Shown: positions 45,778-55,860 of the stretch, one piece after another
Layout of the letters: each line of letters opens with the position of its first letter
How positions within the stretch are numbered: position 1 is the first letter of the stretch
Assembly (NCBI GenBank): GCA_027491415.1
Contig: JAOZFH010000018.1
Location: 16,856-80,855, forward strand
Length of the DNA stretch: 64,000 nt
Source: Thermoproteota archaeon
Lineage (GTDB): Archaea > Korarchaeota > Korarchaeia > Korarchaeales > Korarchaeaceae
Direction: 5' to 3'
The notes under the pieces: generated by a model
Database searches by the model: none
The model's input: only the letters and a program-made list of their open reading frames with translations
Told to the model about the DNA's origin: nothing
Program-made: the position numbers and the translations under genes

Positions 45778-46719
45778 ATGATGGCGACCGAGCGCTGCTT
45801 GTACTGCGAGAGACCCGGGGAGCACTTCGTCCCGAACCTCGGCGGCAGGGTCTGCACCGAGCACTTCCTGAGGTACTTCAGGAAGAGGGTGAGGAGGGTC
45901 CTCAGGAGGGTGGGCAGGGGCAAGAGGGTGCTCGTCGGCGTCTCCGGCGGGAAGGACTCTGTGGCAGCCCTCTACGCGCTTGCGGAGATGGCCGACGAGT
46001 TCTCCCTGGAGATAGGGGCCCTAATGATAGATGTGGGCGTGCCAGGCAACGAGGCGTGCGTCGAGGTGTTCGGGAGGGCGGTCTCGGAAGTCGGGGCCAG
46101 GAGGCACCTCGTCTCGCTGAGGGACGACCTCGGCATCAGGGTGCCGGACGACCCCTCATTCGCCTGCGTGGTCTGCGGGACCGTTACGAGGTACGTCCTT
46201 AACAGGGTGGCCCACGAGGCGGGCTACGACTACGTCGCGACGGGACACAACCTGGACGACATGGCCTACTTCGCCCTCAACAACATGATCACCCACAACA
46301 TCGCTTACCTTCGATCCCTCGACTCGGTCACGCCGCCCATCCCCGAGCTCAAGCTGGTCGGGAGGGTGAGGCCCCTCTTCTGGCTCAGCGACGCCGACGC
46401 CGAGACGTACGTGAGGATCATCGGAGCCCCGAGGTGCTCCACTAAGTGCCCACACGAGGGCCAGGACAAGCAGGCTCTCGTAAAGCCCCTCCTCAACGAC
46501 CTCCGCTCGCTCTGGCCCACCAGCATCGTGAACTTCGTCGACTCGATGAGGGAGCTGGCCAGAATGGCTGGCCTGCTGGGGGAGAAGATGGAGGGATTCA
46601 GAGAGTGCGTCAGGTGCGGCTACCCGAGCAGAACGGAGGTGTGCTCGTTCTGCAGGCTGGTAGAGAAGCTGGGGGGCAGGGTCCCGAGCAGGCTGGTCGG
46701 TGGCGAGTCAAGGGGTTAA
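45778..46719 (+). CDS. TtuA/Ncs6-like tRNA thiolase (PP-loop ATPase)
   Basis: SGGKDS, CVVC, TGHNLDD, RVRPL, terminal Zn fingers. Confidence 0.85.
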   Translation: MMATERCLYCERPGEHFVPNLGGRVCTEHFLRYFRKRVRRVLRRVGRGKRVLVGVSGGKDSVAALYALAEMADEFSLEIGALMIDVGVPGNEACVEVFGRAVSEVGARRHLVSLRDDLGIRVPDDPSFACVVCGTVTRYVLNRVAHEAGYDYVATGHNLDDMAYFALNNMITHNIAYLRSLDSVTPPIPELKLVGRVRPLFWLSDADAETYVRIIGAPRCSTKCPHEGQDKQALVKPLLNDLRSLWPTSIVNFVDSMRELARMAGLLGEKMEGFRECVRCGYPSRTEVCSFCRLVEKLGGRVPSRLVGGESRG

Positions 46720-46750
46720 TTTTATACCACCATCGGACGCGGGTCCGGAA

Positions 46751-47044
46751 ATGCGTGAGGTCGAGTGTCCCATCTGCGGGGCCAGGATCCCGGTTGGGTC
46801 CCCCGACTTTCAGGGCGAGGTGGAGTGCCCTGACTGCGGAGCGCGGCTCTTTGTCGTTATTGAAGGGGGCTCTGTTCGGCTGATTGAACTCCGGGAGGAG
46901 GAACTCGAGTTTGAGGAGGAAGAGCTCGAGCTTTCGGAACTTGAGGCCGAGGTAGAGGGACTGGAGCTTGAGGATGACCTTGAGCCGGAGGATGTCGACC
47001 TGGAGGACCTCGAGGAGCTGGATGAAGGGTTGGGGGGCTTCTGA
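46751..47044 (+). CDS. LysW-like zinc ribbon with long acidic tail
   Basis: ECPICG...ECPDCGARLFVV then about 50 aa E/D/L-rich tail ending GLGGF; TTTTATA upstream. Confidence 0.75.
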   Translation: MREVECPICGARIPVGSPDFQGEVECPDCGARLFVVIEGGSVRLIELREEELEFEEEELELSELEAEVEGLELEDDLEPEDVDLEDLEELDEGLGGF

Positions 47045-47059
47045 CCGGGTCGGAGTGGG

Positions 47060-48127
47060 GTGGTAACCCTGCCCTTGATCGAGGCGCCCGGGTCGATGAG
47101 GCTGGGCCTCAAGGTCCCCCCTGGGTGGTACGACCTCCACGTGCACACGAGGTGGTCGAGGGACTCCCCCTCAAGACCCGCGTCCATCGCGAAGTGGGCC
47201 AAGAGGAGGGGCCTCGCTGGCCTGGCCGTGACCGACCACGGAGAGACCCTTGGCTACAGGGAAGTGTGTAGGGCTGCCGAGAGGTTCGGACTCGCGGTGA
47301 TCCCCGGGGAGGAGATCAAGACTTCGAGGGGGGAGATCATCGGGCTCAACCTCTCGGACTGGGTTAGGCAGAACATGGATCCCCTCGAAACCGCCGACGA
47401 GATCGTGGAGCACGGAGGTCTCATCACCGTCCCGCACCCAGGGGACTGGACTAGAAAGAACGCCATGAGCGCGGCCACGGTTAGGGAGATATCCCACAAG
47501 ATACACGCCCTGGAGGCGTCCAACTCTAGATCCCCGATGGAGTCTAATAGGCGAGCTCAGAGGCTGGCCGCCGAGCTCGGCCTCCCCTGGACGGGCGGCA
47601 GCGACGGTCACCTGGCGCTTGAGGTTGGGAGGTCGGCGGTTCTGATCGGCGATGGCGGCCAGGTGGTGGCGCTCAAGATGCCCAGGATGAGCGGGGCCCT
47701 CCTCGCCCCGATATCCCACGCTGTGAAGCTCTTGAAGCACAGGCTGGCCAGACTGCCGGATTTCGTTCACGACGCGTCAAAGGCATTCCCCTCCGGCATT
47801 TCCGCCGCCGTAGCCACTCCGCCTGGGTGGGAAATCTGGCTCGTCTCCGGGGGCAGGGCCTTCATGGTCGGGGCCCACGGAGGCAAGACTCGCATCCTGA
47901 GAGAGGCCTCCTTAGATGAGTTAGAGGATCCAGTTGCGCTCTGGACCTCCGGCGCCCCTGGAGGCTGGAGGAAGTTGTCGCTGGTAGGCTGGCCAGGCGA
48001 CTCGGGACTTGCCGTCGTGGACTGCCACGAGTCTAAGGTGACGCACTTGGTGATCCGCAGGGGGTCGGAGGTCGTCCCGCTCCCGACCCGCGGCCTCCGA
48101 CTCGCTGAGTTCAAGCCGTCCGCTTGA
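47060..48127 (+). CDS. PHP-domain phosphoesterase with C-terminal extension
   Basis: DLHVHT, VTDH, PGEE, PHP, GGSDGH. Confidence 0.85.
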   Translation: MVTLPLIEAPGSMRLGLKVPPGWYDLHVHTRWSRDSPSRPASIAKWAKRRGLAGLAVTDHGETLGYREVCRAAERFGLAVIPGEEIKTSRGEIIGLNLSDWVRQNMDPLETADEIVEHGGLITVPHPGDWTRKNAMSAATVREISHKIHALEASNSRSPMESNRRAQRLAAELGLPWTGGSDGHLALEVGRSAVLIGDGGQVVALKMPRMSGALLAPISHAVKLLKHRLARLPDFVHDASKAFPSGISAAVATPPGWEIWLVSGGRAFMVGAHGGKTRILREASLDELEDPVALWTSGAPGGWRKLSLVGWPGDSGLAVVDCHESKVTHLVIRRGSEVVPLPTRGLRLAEFKPSA

Positions 48128-48160
48128 TGATGGAGTGGTAGCAACATATTTACCCCTCGC

Positions 48161-48943
48161 GTGCGCGAAATCGGGATGCCGTCGCTGAGGCTGTTCGACG
48201 CGCACTGCCACTTGGAGGACCCCTCCTTCGACGACGACAGGTGGGAGGTCATCGACAGGGCCGTCAAGGCCGGCGTGATCGGAATGGTCTCGTCCTCGCT
48301 GGACAGCTCGGATGCGGAGAAGGCCCTTAGGCTCTTCCTCCCAACCAACGTCGTTCACATCTCTCTGGGCCTCGACCCCAGGGACGTGGACGACGAGACC
48401 GAGATTAAAGCCGTCGAGAGGCTCATCTTGGAGAACGAGAAGGACATCGTCGCGGTGGGGGAGGTGGGGATGGACTACAGGATAGCCAAGCAGGAGTCCG
48501 TCAGGAAGAGGCAAGAGGAGGTGTTCAGGAGGTTCATCCGACTCGCAGAGGAGATAGACAAGCCCATCGTCGTGCACAGCCTGTGGGCTCAGAGGCCGGT
48601 CTTGAGGGTCCTAGAGGACGAGGGCGCCACGAGGGTTGTACTCCACGCCTTCGGTGGATCTCAGAGGGACGTGAGAACGGCGGTAGAGAGGGGGTGGTAT
48701 GTGAGCATAGCCACCAACGTAACAAGGAGCGCCAACGTGCAGAAGGTAGCCGAGGCTACGCCCATTGAGTACATGGTCCTAGAGAGCGACTCTCCGGTTC
48801 TGAGCCCAGACTCCAGGGGAAGAAACGAGCCGGCAAACCTGGTTAAGTCGGCGAAGTTCCTGGCCAAGCTGAAGGGTATGAAGCCAGCAGAGCTCGCCGA
48901 AGTAACGACCACGAACGCCATGGAGGTATACGGCCTGAGGTAG
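48161..48943 (+). CDS. tatD: TatD-family nuclease
   Basis: DAHCH, GEVGMDY, VHS, LHAF, ESDSP, RNEP. Confidence 0.92.
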   Translation: MREIGMPSLRLFDAHCHLEDPSFDDDRWEVIDRAVKAGVIGMVSSSLDSSDAEKALRLFLPTNVVHISLGLDPRDVDDETEIKAVERLILENEKDIVAVGEVGMDYRIAKQESVRKRQEEVFRRFIRLAEEIDKPIVVHSLWAQRPVLRVLEDEGATRVVLHAFGGSQRDVRTAVERGWYVSIATNVTRSANVQKVAEATPIEYMVLESDSPVLSPDSRGRNEPANLVKSAKFLAKLKGMKPAELAEVTTTNAMEVYGLR

Positions 48944-48954
48944 GTCCATGGGGA

Positions 48955-49848
48955 GTGGGGCGGGTGGACTCTGTCGGGGGGCCCTCCACGCCCGACGCCG
49001 GTACGAAGCGTGGAGAGAGAAGGGGTTTGGAGCGAATAGCCTATGACCTGATTGGTTCTAGAGAGACTGGGGCCGTCGCGATTATCGAGGTCCCCGAGGG
49101 GATGGACCCGGCCGGGGCCGCGAGGGAAGTCTCCTCGAGACACAGGCACGTCAAGTCGGTTCTGATTAAGCGAGGACCCAGGGAGGGAGAGGAAAGGCTG
49201 AGGCAGTACGAGCTGGTCTGGGGGGATGAGAACACAGAGGTGATCCACAAGGAGCACGGGTACCGGCTCAGGCTGGACCCCAGGAGGGTGTATTTCTCTC
49301 CCAGAGAGGCCACGGACAGGATGGAGGTCGCCTCGATGGTGAGGCCCGGCGAGCGGGTGCTGGTCATGTTCGCGGGCGTGGGCCCCTACGCGGTGGCCAT
49401 GGCGAGGGCCCAGCCGAAGGTCAGGGAGGTGGTGGGCGTCGAGATAAACCCGGACGCCGTCAGGTACTTCGAGGAGAACATCAGGCTCAACAGGCTGGAG
49501 GGGAAAGTTCGAGCGATTCTCGGGGACGTCAGAGAGGTTTGTCCCTCCATGTTTGGCGAGTTTGACAGGGTGGTCATGCCGCTCCCCAAGGGGGCGTACA
49601 TGTTCCTCGACCTGGCCCTGAGGTGCCTCCGACCCGAGGGAGGGGTGATCCACTTCTACTACTGGGGCGGGGAGGACGCTCCGGAGAGGGCCGCCGCGCT
49701 TATCGAGGGGGCCGCGAGTCGGATTGGCTTGGAGGCGAGGGTTCTGGGGTGGAGGAGGGTCGGCAGCTACTCCCCCCGGAAGTGGAAGTTCAGGATAGAC
49801 GTTGAGGTAAGGCCGAAGCGGCGTAGCGGCGGCAACCCAAGTTTATAG
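48955..49848 (+). CDS. Trm5/Taw2-family tRNA-modifying SAM transferase
   Basis: YDLIG, HKEHG..L.LD..VYFSPR, MFAGVGPY, EINP, VVMPLP. Confidence 0.88.
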   Translation: MGRVDSVGGPSTPDAGTKRGERRGLERIAYDLIGSRETGAVAIIEVPEGMDPAGAAREVSSRHRHVKSVLIKRGPREGEERLRQYELVWGDENTEVIHKEHGYRLRLDPRRVYFSPREATDRMEVASMVRPGERVLVMFAGVGPYAVAMARAQPKVREVVGVEINPDAVRYFEENIRLNRLEGKVRAILGDVREVCPSMFGEFDRVVMPLPKGAYMFLDLALRCLRPEGGVIHFYYWGGEDAPERAAALIEGAASRIGLEARVLGWRRVGSYSPRKWKFRIDVEVRPKRRSGGNPSL

Positions 49849-49916
49849 TAATCGGACCCGGCTGGGTATTTTGGGCCCTTCCGGCCTATTCACGCAAAAA
49901 GAGAGGAGGATAGGGT

Positions 49917-50585
49917 ATGGAACGCCCGGGAGAGGACTCCTTCAGGGAGATCAAGGAAGAGGTCGAAAGGGAGTTTAGGCAGAGGTATCTAGGCGACCTA
50001 GACAGGCTGAGGAAGGAGTTTGCCTCTGAGCTGAGTGGGGTCCTCTCGAGGAAGGTCATCGAGCACATGAACCTCAAGAAGGAGCACTACAGGGAGATCT
50101 TTCTGAACGGGCTGAAGCTGACGCTGGACGGCTGCGGAGATGAGCGCGGTGAGGACCTTGCGGCCGTGTTTGATGACACCTACAGCACGATACTAACGGA
50201 CCTCGTGAAGCTGATACCCGAGCTGGTCGAGGGCATGTTCAGGTGGACCGGCGGGGAGGTCGTTGAGGAGCTGGTCAGCAGGATGGAGGAACTCATCGGG
50301 ATGGCCTCCGAACTCGAGGCTAGAAAGAGAGTTGGCGCCGAGGTCGAGTCTGAGATCGTGCAGAAGCTGATAAACGAATTGACGAAGAGGGACAAGGGGC
50401 TGAGGGCCCTGAGGTTCCTAGAGGTTCAGGGTCCCAAGACCAGCGTTGAGGTGGCCAGCTTCTTGGGCGTTGCGGATCCGACTGCGAGGGATTACCTGAA
50501 GAGGCTGGAGGCCCAGGGATATGTGAAGAGAATAGAGGGTCGCCCGATAAGGTACAAGTTCGTCAGGGCACCTTGGAGCCAGTAG
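49917..50585 (+). CDS. Coiled-coil protein with C-terminal wHTH
   Basis: GPKTSVEVASFLGVADPTARDYLKRLEAQGYV; AGAGGAGG SD. Confidence 0.75.
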   Translation: MERPGEDSFREIKEEVEREFRQRYLGDLDRLRKEFASELSGVLSRKVIEHMNLKKEHYREIFLNGLKLTLDGCGDERGEDLAAVFDDTYSTILTDLVKLIPELVEGMFRWTGGEVVEELVSRMEELIGMASELEARKRVGAEVESEIVQKLINELTKRDKGLRALRFLEVQGPKTSVEVASFLGVADPTARDYLKRLEAQGYVKRIEGRPIRYKFVRAPWSQ

Positions 50586-50614
50586 CATTACCCCGAGGGG
50601 GCCGGTGACCCGTT

Positions 50615-50866
50615 TTGAAGGTAACCCTCCTGGTCTCCCCGCTGTGCGACCCCTCGCTCGAGGCCGCCAAGTTCGTCAGCAGATTCTGCCTGGAGAGGGG
50701 GCTGGAGTACGAGGAGGTCTCGGTGAGGACGATGGAGGGTCAGAGGATGGCCCTGCGGGCGGGAGTGAAGCTCCTTCCCGCCCTCCTGATCGACGGTAAG
50801 CTCGTCCACCAGGGACCCATCTCCGAGGAGGCGCTGCGGAGAATTGTCGAGCAGGCTGAGGACTAG
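50615..50866 (+). CDS. Thioredoxin/glutaredoxin-like protein (CxxS)
   Basis: SPLCDPS, GVKLLPALLIDG...QG. Confidence 0.7.
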   Translation: MKVTLLVSPLCDPSLEAAKFVSRFCLERGLEYEEVSVRTMEGQRMALRAGVKLLPALLIDGKLVHQGPISEEALRRIVEQAED

Positions 50867-52007
50867 CGTCCTGATCGTGGGGGCGGGCCCGGCGGGCTCC
50901 TCCGCCGCGGGCGTGTTGGCGGAGGCAGGTGTTGACGTGATCACGCTGGAGGCCAAGTCTCTACCGGGCCTTAAGACGGCGTGCTCAGGCATTCTAGGCC
51001 CGCTGGCATGGGAGGCCCTCCCCATCAGGCGTCAGGACTGGGTTGTGGGCCGCATAGAGTGGGCCCGATTCATCTCGCCCCTGGGTTCACGGCTGGAAGT
51101 GGAGGGCCGGGGCCTCGCCAGGGTGGTGGACAGGGAGGCGCTGAACCGGGATCTGGCTCGGAGGGCCGAGGATGCGGGGGCTGTCCTGCTGACCGGCTCG
51201 AAGTTGATTGGGTTGTCTCCGGGACTTGCCGTCGCCAAGAGGGGTGGTGCGAGGTTGGAAGTTCGCTTCGACTACCTGATCGCCGCCGATGGAGCGAACT
51301 CCACGGTAAGGAGCATCCTGGGGCTCAGCAATCCGGGGATCGAGCTGGGAGTCAACGTCAGGTGCTCTGACGGGGACATGGACGGATACGAGGTCCGCCT
51401 GAGGGGAGGGTCTAAGTTCTCGTGGATACACCCCGGGCCGGGCGGCCTCATGGCCGGGGCCCTCGGTCGCCTGGGAGATCCCGTGGTGGACTGGGCTAAC
51501 TCGCACGCGAGGTGTCCCCGAGGAGAGGTCAGGGGAGGGCTCATTCCGAGGAGGCCGCTCAGGAGACTCGCGGTCAGGTTTGGCGACTCTTGGGTTGTCC
51601 TGGTCGGGGACGCGGCCGGCCAGGTCAAGCCGCTGAGCCGGGGCGGGATTTACTGGGGGGTCTCTGCTGCCAGAATGGCCGCTGAAGCTATTCTAGACGA
51701 GCTGGATGGCCGCGGGTCCGTGGTGGCCTACCAGAGACGCTGGTGGGGGAAGTTCGAGAGAGAAGTGGCCCTCTCCCTCTCTGCCCGCTCCTATTTGGAG
51801 CGACTGAGTCCGAGGGGAATCGAAAAGTTGTTCCAGCTCTTGAAGAGCAGAGAGGAGATCCTCAGAGACAGCTTTCACGTCGACCTGCAGGGAGGGGCGG
51901 CAGCCAAGCTTTTGAGCCCGGCGGTGGCGGCCAGCTTGGCCGCGATATCTCCCACCGCCGCCGCGTCGGCGGTCGCCAGGCTGATAACCGAACTCGTGGG
52001 GTGGTGA
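50844..52007 (+). CDS. Geranylgeranyl reductase-family flavoprotein
   Basis: IVGAGPAGS, ACSG, AADGANS, VGDAAGQVKPLS.GGI. Confidence 0.85.
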   Translation: MSSRLRTSVLIVGAGPAGSSAAGVLAEAGVDVITLEAKSLPGLKTACSGILGPLAWEALPIRRQDWVVGRIEWARFISPLGSRLEVEGRGLARVVDREALNRDLARRAEDAGAVLLTGSKLIGLSPGLAVAKRGGARLEVRFDYLIAADGANSTVRSILGLSNPGIELGVNVRCSDGDMDGYEVRLRGGSKFSWIHPGPGGLMAGALGRLGDPVVDWANSHARCPRGEVRGGLIPRRPLRRLAVRFGDSWVVLVGDAAGQVKPLSRGGIYWGVSAARMAAEAILDELDGRGSVVAYQRRWWGKFEREVALSLSARSYLERLSPRGIEKLFQLLKSREEILRDSFHVDLQGGAAAKLLSPAVAASLAAISPTAAASAVARLITELVGW

Positions 52008-52014
52008 TTGAGCC

Positions 52015-52650
52015 TTGTCCGTCCTCCTGAGACCGTTAATCTTCTCCCTGATTGGCTTGCTTACCTTTCTCATCCTTCAGAGGTACTCTAGGGTTCCCAA
52101 GGCCACCTCTGCCCTTCTGGCTGCCGTCATGGCAGGCTATGCGGCCTCTCTCGGGGGATTTCTCGTCCCGTCGAGGGCCATCCTGTACGCCTGGGGATCC
52201 TCCCTCGACGCTATTTTGTCGGGAAGGTCGTACACCCTCGTGACGTCCATTTTCCTCCACGCTGGTCTCCTCCACCTGGCTTTCAACTCGTACGCGCTCT
52301 ACGTCCTGGGAACGCTGACGGAGCAGGTGTTGGGCCCCGCCCGCATGCTGGCGACGTTCTTCGCGGCAGCCTTGGTGGGGGGTCTCGGGTCCGCGGTCCT
52401 CACCCCCTGGGCCGTGTCCGTCGGGGCCTCGGGTGGGATACTGGGCCTTTTTGGCGTTGCCATTATTCTCGAGTGGGTCAGATTCGGGAGGGTCTCGTCC
52501 AGCACAATCATCGTGGCCGCGCTAGCCGTTGGAGGGGGCTTCCTTCAGGGGATTGACGTGATAGCCCACGTGCTGGGGCTCGCGGTCGGGGCGGCCATGG
52601 GCTGGGCATTCTTGGGAAGGCCCGAGAGGGGGGCCCGGTTGTGGCACTGA
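52015..52650 (+). CDS. Rhomboid intramembrane serine protease
   Basis: TSIFLHAG.LHL.FN, VGASGG, AHVLG. Confidence 0.9.
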   Translation: MSVLLRPLIFSLIGLLTFLILQRYSRVPKATSALLAAVMAGYAASLGGFLVPSRAILYAWGSSLDAILSGRSYTLVTSIFLHAGLLHLAFNSYALYVLGTLTEQVLGPARMLATFFAAALVGGLGSAVLTPWAVSVGASGGILGLFGVAIILEWVRFGRVSSSTIIVAALAVGGGFLQGIDVIAHVLGLAVGAAMGWAFLGRPERGARLWH

Positions 52651-52680
52651 GCCCCCTACGGGGAGGGCCGGTTCGGAGCG

Positions 52681-54624
52681 TCAGAGCCCTCTCCTGGACC
52701 TGGTGATCGCCAGGGTCACCGCCGCCCCGGCGAAAAATCCGAGCAGCCCCATGGCCACCAGGCCCGCCCTGTCAAATTCCGCCGGCTGTGGCCTCTTTGT
52801 CGGCCCCTGAGAGGGCGGAGTCTCGGTTGGAGCCGGAGAGACCAGCGGCGGGCCCTCGAGGGGGGGTTGGAGCTCGGCCATCAGAGAGTCGAGGTTGGCG
52901 TAGGTGGCGGCGAGTTCGTAGAACAGGAGAGCCGTAGTGAGGTCTCCCTGGGACTCGGATACCTCCGCGTGCTCGAGGTAGCTCAAGGCCAGCACCGGGA
53001 CTGCGCCCGTCTTCATAACTCTCGATATGAGCCACCTTGACTCCTCCGAAACCGCCCCTGCGAGGGAGCCCGGGTCCGCCGTGGCGAACGCGCCGTGAAT
53101 GCTAAGCGTGGCGTAAGAGATGGCTTCGGCGGCCAGGCCGAGTGCGGCATACGCCCGGCCGTCATCTTCGGCCATCTTCGCCATGCTCAGGCTAGACAAG
53201 GCCCTGTCTAGGAATCCGCTCTGCGCGCCGATCTCCTCCAGCAGGGTGGCTGCGTACCCAACGACGCTATCAGCCTCGTATACCATCGTGGAGGCGACCC
53301 TGTAGACGCCAGCCCGGGATGGGGGCGGCCCTCCGGAGACCCTGAGGGACGCCCAGTTCTCAGCCGTCTTAGCCCTCCAGTTTGCGTAACAAAGCCACTC
53401 TGCCGCAGATATCAAGTTCCCCTCCTTGTACGACGACTCTGCCTGGGCCATAGCTTGCTTGGCGTCGTAGAGCCTCTCCCACGCCCCTACCAAGACCTCC
53501 AGCTCGGTCAGCGAGTTTGGCTCGAGGGACGACAGCGCGGCCTCGGCCGACGACAGCGACCCGTTCGCCTCGGAGGCGTAGGAGAGCAGCTCTTCTTCCG
53601 GCGAATCAGCAGTAGCCATCCTAGCGACTAGTCTCGCCCTGTCAGCCTCTATGGCCGCCCTGAAGGCGGAACTCGCGGCCGAATAAACCCTTCCCTCGGC
53701 GAGGAGATCTTCAGACCCCCTGGCCTCTCTGTCCGCTAACGAGAGGGCCTGTGCGACGTACTCACCCAGGGATCGGCTCGAAATACCGGCGAGCAGGGAC
53801 TTTGCCTCCGCACTTGCGGACCTGTAGGCCTCCATGTAGGAGTCTATCCACGAGGCGATCTCGGACCTCACGTTCTCAGGCAGCGATACGTCCCCGGCGA
53901 CTTCCCTCTCTATCCTCCACCCTGTGAAGATCTCGAGAGCCTCCCTGACCGTCATCACCTCCCTGACCTCCACCCCGAGTTCCCTGCCGAGCTGCGTTAC
54001 GTTCACCTGCTCTCTGACGAGCCTTCTGGTGACCCAAAATGGACCTCTCTCCTCCACGACCCTGCTCTCGATAACCACCTCCTGGCCAGCCGGGATCAGG
54101 AAGAGGCGGGCCCCGCCGGCGGCCGCGGCGCGGAGCTTGTCAGGGATGCCCCCCACCGGGCCAATCGTGCCGTCAGGGTTGACCATGCCGGTGACGATCA
54201 CGTCCGACCTCAGGCTCAGGTTCGCGAGGGCCGCCACCATCCCGACCGCCATGGCGGCCCCGGCGCTGGGCCCCCCGACGACCATGCTGTCGGACTCCAT
54301 GCTGACGTAGAAGTCGTACTTTGAAGGGTCGACGCCCAGGAGCGAGCAAGCCACCAGCGCTGCGGTCCTAGCGGCGGACTGAGTGTCGAGTTGGGTGAGC
54401 GGGTCGGCCGAAAAGTACACACGGCCAGAGCCCCCTTCAACCCTGATGTTGAGCCTTCCCAGGACCCCCTCTCCGCTCGTGCTGACGGCGGGCACGATGA
54501 GCGTCGCCTCTCCACCGCCAGCCGACTGGGCCCACGCGCCACCGACGCCAGAGATGGGGAGGAGGGAGACGACGAGCATGGCTAGAAGGAGGGACCCTGA
54601 TAGCCGAGCCCCCCTCTCCAACAA
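52681..54624 (-). CDS. Secreted/anchored S16 (Lon-like) serine protease, COG1750-like
   Basis: Signal peptide, GGPSAG, TGMVNPDGTIGPVGGIPDK, C-terminal Pro/Thr linker and TM. Confidence 0.88.
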   Translation of the reverse strand: MLERGARLSGSLLLAMLVVSLLPISGVGGAWAQSAGGGEATLIVPAVSTSGEGVLGRLNIRVEGGSGRVYFSADPLTQLDTQSAARTAALVACSLLGVDPSKYDFYVSMESDSMVVGGPSAGAAMAVGMVAALANLSLRSDVIVTGMVNPDGTIGPVGGIPDKLRAAAAGGARLFLIPAGQEVVIESRVVEERGPFWVTRRLVREQVNVTQLGRELGVEVREVMTVREALEIFTGWRIEREVAGDVSLPENVRSEIASWIDSYMEAYRSASAEAKSLLAGISSRSLGEYVAQALSLADREARGSEDLLAEGRVYSAASSAFRAAIEADRARLVARMATADSPEEELLSYASEANGSLSSAEAALSSLEPNSLTELEVLVGAWERLYDAKQAMAQAESSYKEGNLISAAEWLCYANWRAKTAENWASLRVSGGPPPSRAGVYRVASTMVYEADSVVGYAATLLEEIGAQSGFLDRALSSLSMAKMAEDDGRAYAALGLAAEAISYATLSIHGAFATADPGSLAGAVSEESRWLISRVMKTGAVPVLALSYLEHAEVSESQGDLTTALLFYELAATYANLDSLMAELQPPLEGPPLVSPAPTETPPSQGPTKRPQPAEFDRAGLVAMGLLGFFAGAAVTLAITRSRRGL

Positions 54625-54625
54625 C

Positions 54626-55066
54626 TCAGAGGCCTCCCATCACGTCTCCAAGGGCATCCATCCACCAGTTCAGCAGCTCTTTCCTCCTCTTCTCGATGTA
54701 GCCCTCGTCGTAGAAGGCAAGCGTCGTCGGATCTCCCCAGCTGTCGATTGACTTCGATATCTCCGATTCCCACACGCCCGACACGGTCTGAGAGCGAATC
54801 CAGTCCACCGGGTTCACGTCCGCGGGCGCTGCCGGAGCTGGCCAGTCCTCCCTGCCAGCGAACTTGACGTGAATCATGCCCGACTCATCCACCCGCGCCT
54901 CCTCCAGCGTCACCGATTGAAGCTCCAGCCGCCCCGCGACACCCTCGCTCTTTAGGGCCTCGAGCCATTGCGACGCCGAGTCTCCTCCCTGAAGCCTCTT
55001 CAGGAGGGACTCCAGAGGTGCTAGCTCTTTGAAGACCAGTTCGCCCCTAGCCTCGATCTCGCCCAA
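54626..55066 (-). CDS. Hypothetical protein
   Basis: 146 aa ORF ending 2 nt before the protease start. Confidence 0.6.
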   Translation of the reverse strand: MGEIEARGELVFKELAPLESLLKRLQGGDSASQWLEALKSEGVAGRLELQSVTLEEARVDESGMIHVKFAGREDWPAPAAPADVNPVDWIRSQTVSGVWESEISKSIDSWGDPTTLAFYDEGYIEKRRKELLNWWMDALGDVMGGL

Positions 55067-55179
55067 GTCTCAGCACCGGGTGAGCGTAGGGTACCCGTCT
55101 ATTTACCCCTTCCCAAGCGCGAGGCCCTTTGCAGTATTGTGCTTGACTGTCGTGCGGAGAGCTTATAAATTGTCTTAGC

Positions 55180-55854
55180 GTGCCTACAGGGATTCCCTTG
55201 GGGGAGGAGAGGGTCTGCCAGCTTGCACTGGTTTCAGGCAGTTTCACAGAGGCTCTAACGGCCGCGCTGAGAGAGCGTCAGGTCCACGGGCTGGTTTTGA
55301 TATTCAGGAGAGAGGAGATGGAGGCCGTAACAGCCCAATCAGATGTCCTCAGCGCTCTACTGAGTCTCCCGATAAAGCTAGTTCCTTACCAGGACTCCAA
55401 GAGTCCGGAAGAGATGGCTACAATAATAAGGGAGGTCATGAACCAGCTCTGTGGGGGTTACACCTCCATCGAGGTCAACGTCGGCGCGGCCGACAAGAGC
55501 CAGGCCGTGGCCGGCCTCCTGGCGGCCATGGCCCACGGTCTCCCCTGCTTCGACGTCGTCGACGGAAAGATAATCAGCCTGCCCACGCCGCCCAACGGGC
55601 TCAGGGTCGGGCTGAGTGAGGAGAAGCTGGGCATACTCGCGGCCCTGTGGTCGGAGGGTGGGAGAGTGGAGGGGCTCGACAACCTATCGAGGAAGACCGC
55701 GATGAGTCGAGCCCTCTTAAGCTACCACATAAGGGGGTCCGAGAGGACGCCGGGGCTGGAGGCCATGGGATTCGTGAAGGTGACCCGCATCGGACGGAGG
55801 ACGGCCGTAGAGCTTACTCCCCTCGGCAGGCTCGTCGCCGCCTCGATAGGGTGA
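55180..55854 (+). CDS. CARF-like domain + wHTH regulator (Csa3/DUF6293-like)
   Basis: Rossmann-like N-domain (IEVNVGAADK..AV..LLAA) and HTH LSRKT.MSRALLSYHI.G...GL..MGFV...ELTPLG; TTATAAA upstream. Confidence 0.6.
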   Translation: MPTGIPLGEERVCQLALVSGSFTEALTAALRERQVHGLVLIFRREEMEAVTAQSDVLSALLSLPIKLVPYQDSKSPEEMATIIREVMNQLCGGYTSIEVNVGAADKSQAVAGLLAAMAHGLPCFDVVDGKIISLPTPPNGLRVGLSEEKLGILAALWSEGGRVEGLDNLSRKTAMSRALLSYHIRGSERTPGLEAMGFVKVTRIGRRTAVELTPLGRLVAASIG

Positions 55855-55860
55855 TTCCCC

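Noticed and set aside
46751-47044. Calling this gene lysW
   Set aside because: Lacks the essential C-terminal EDWGE and lys gene context
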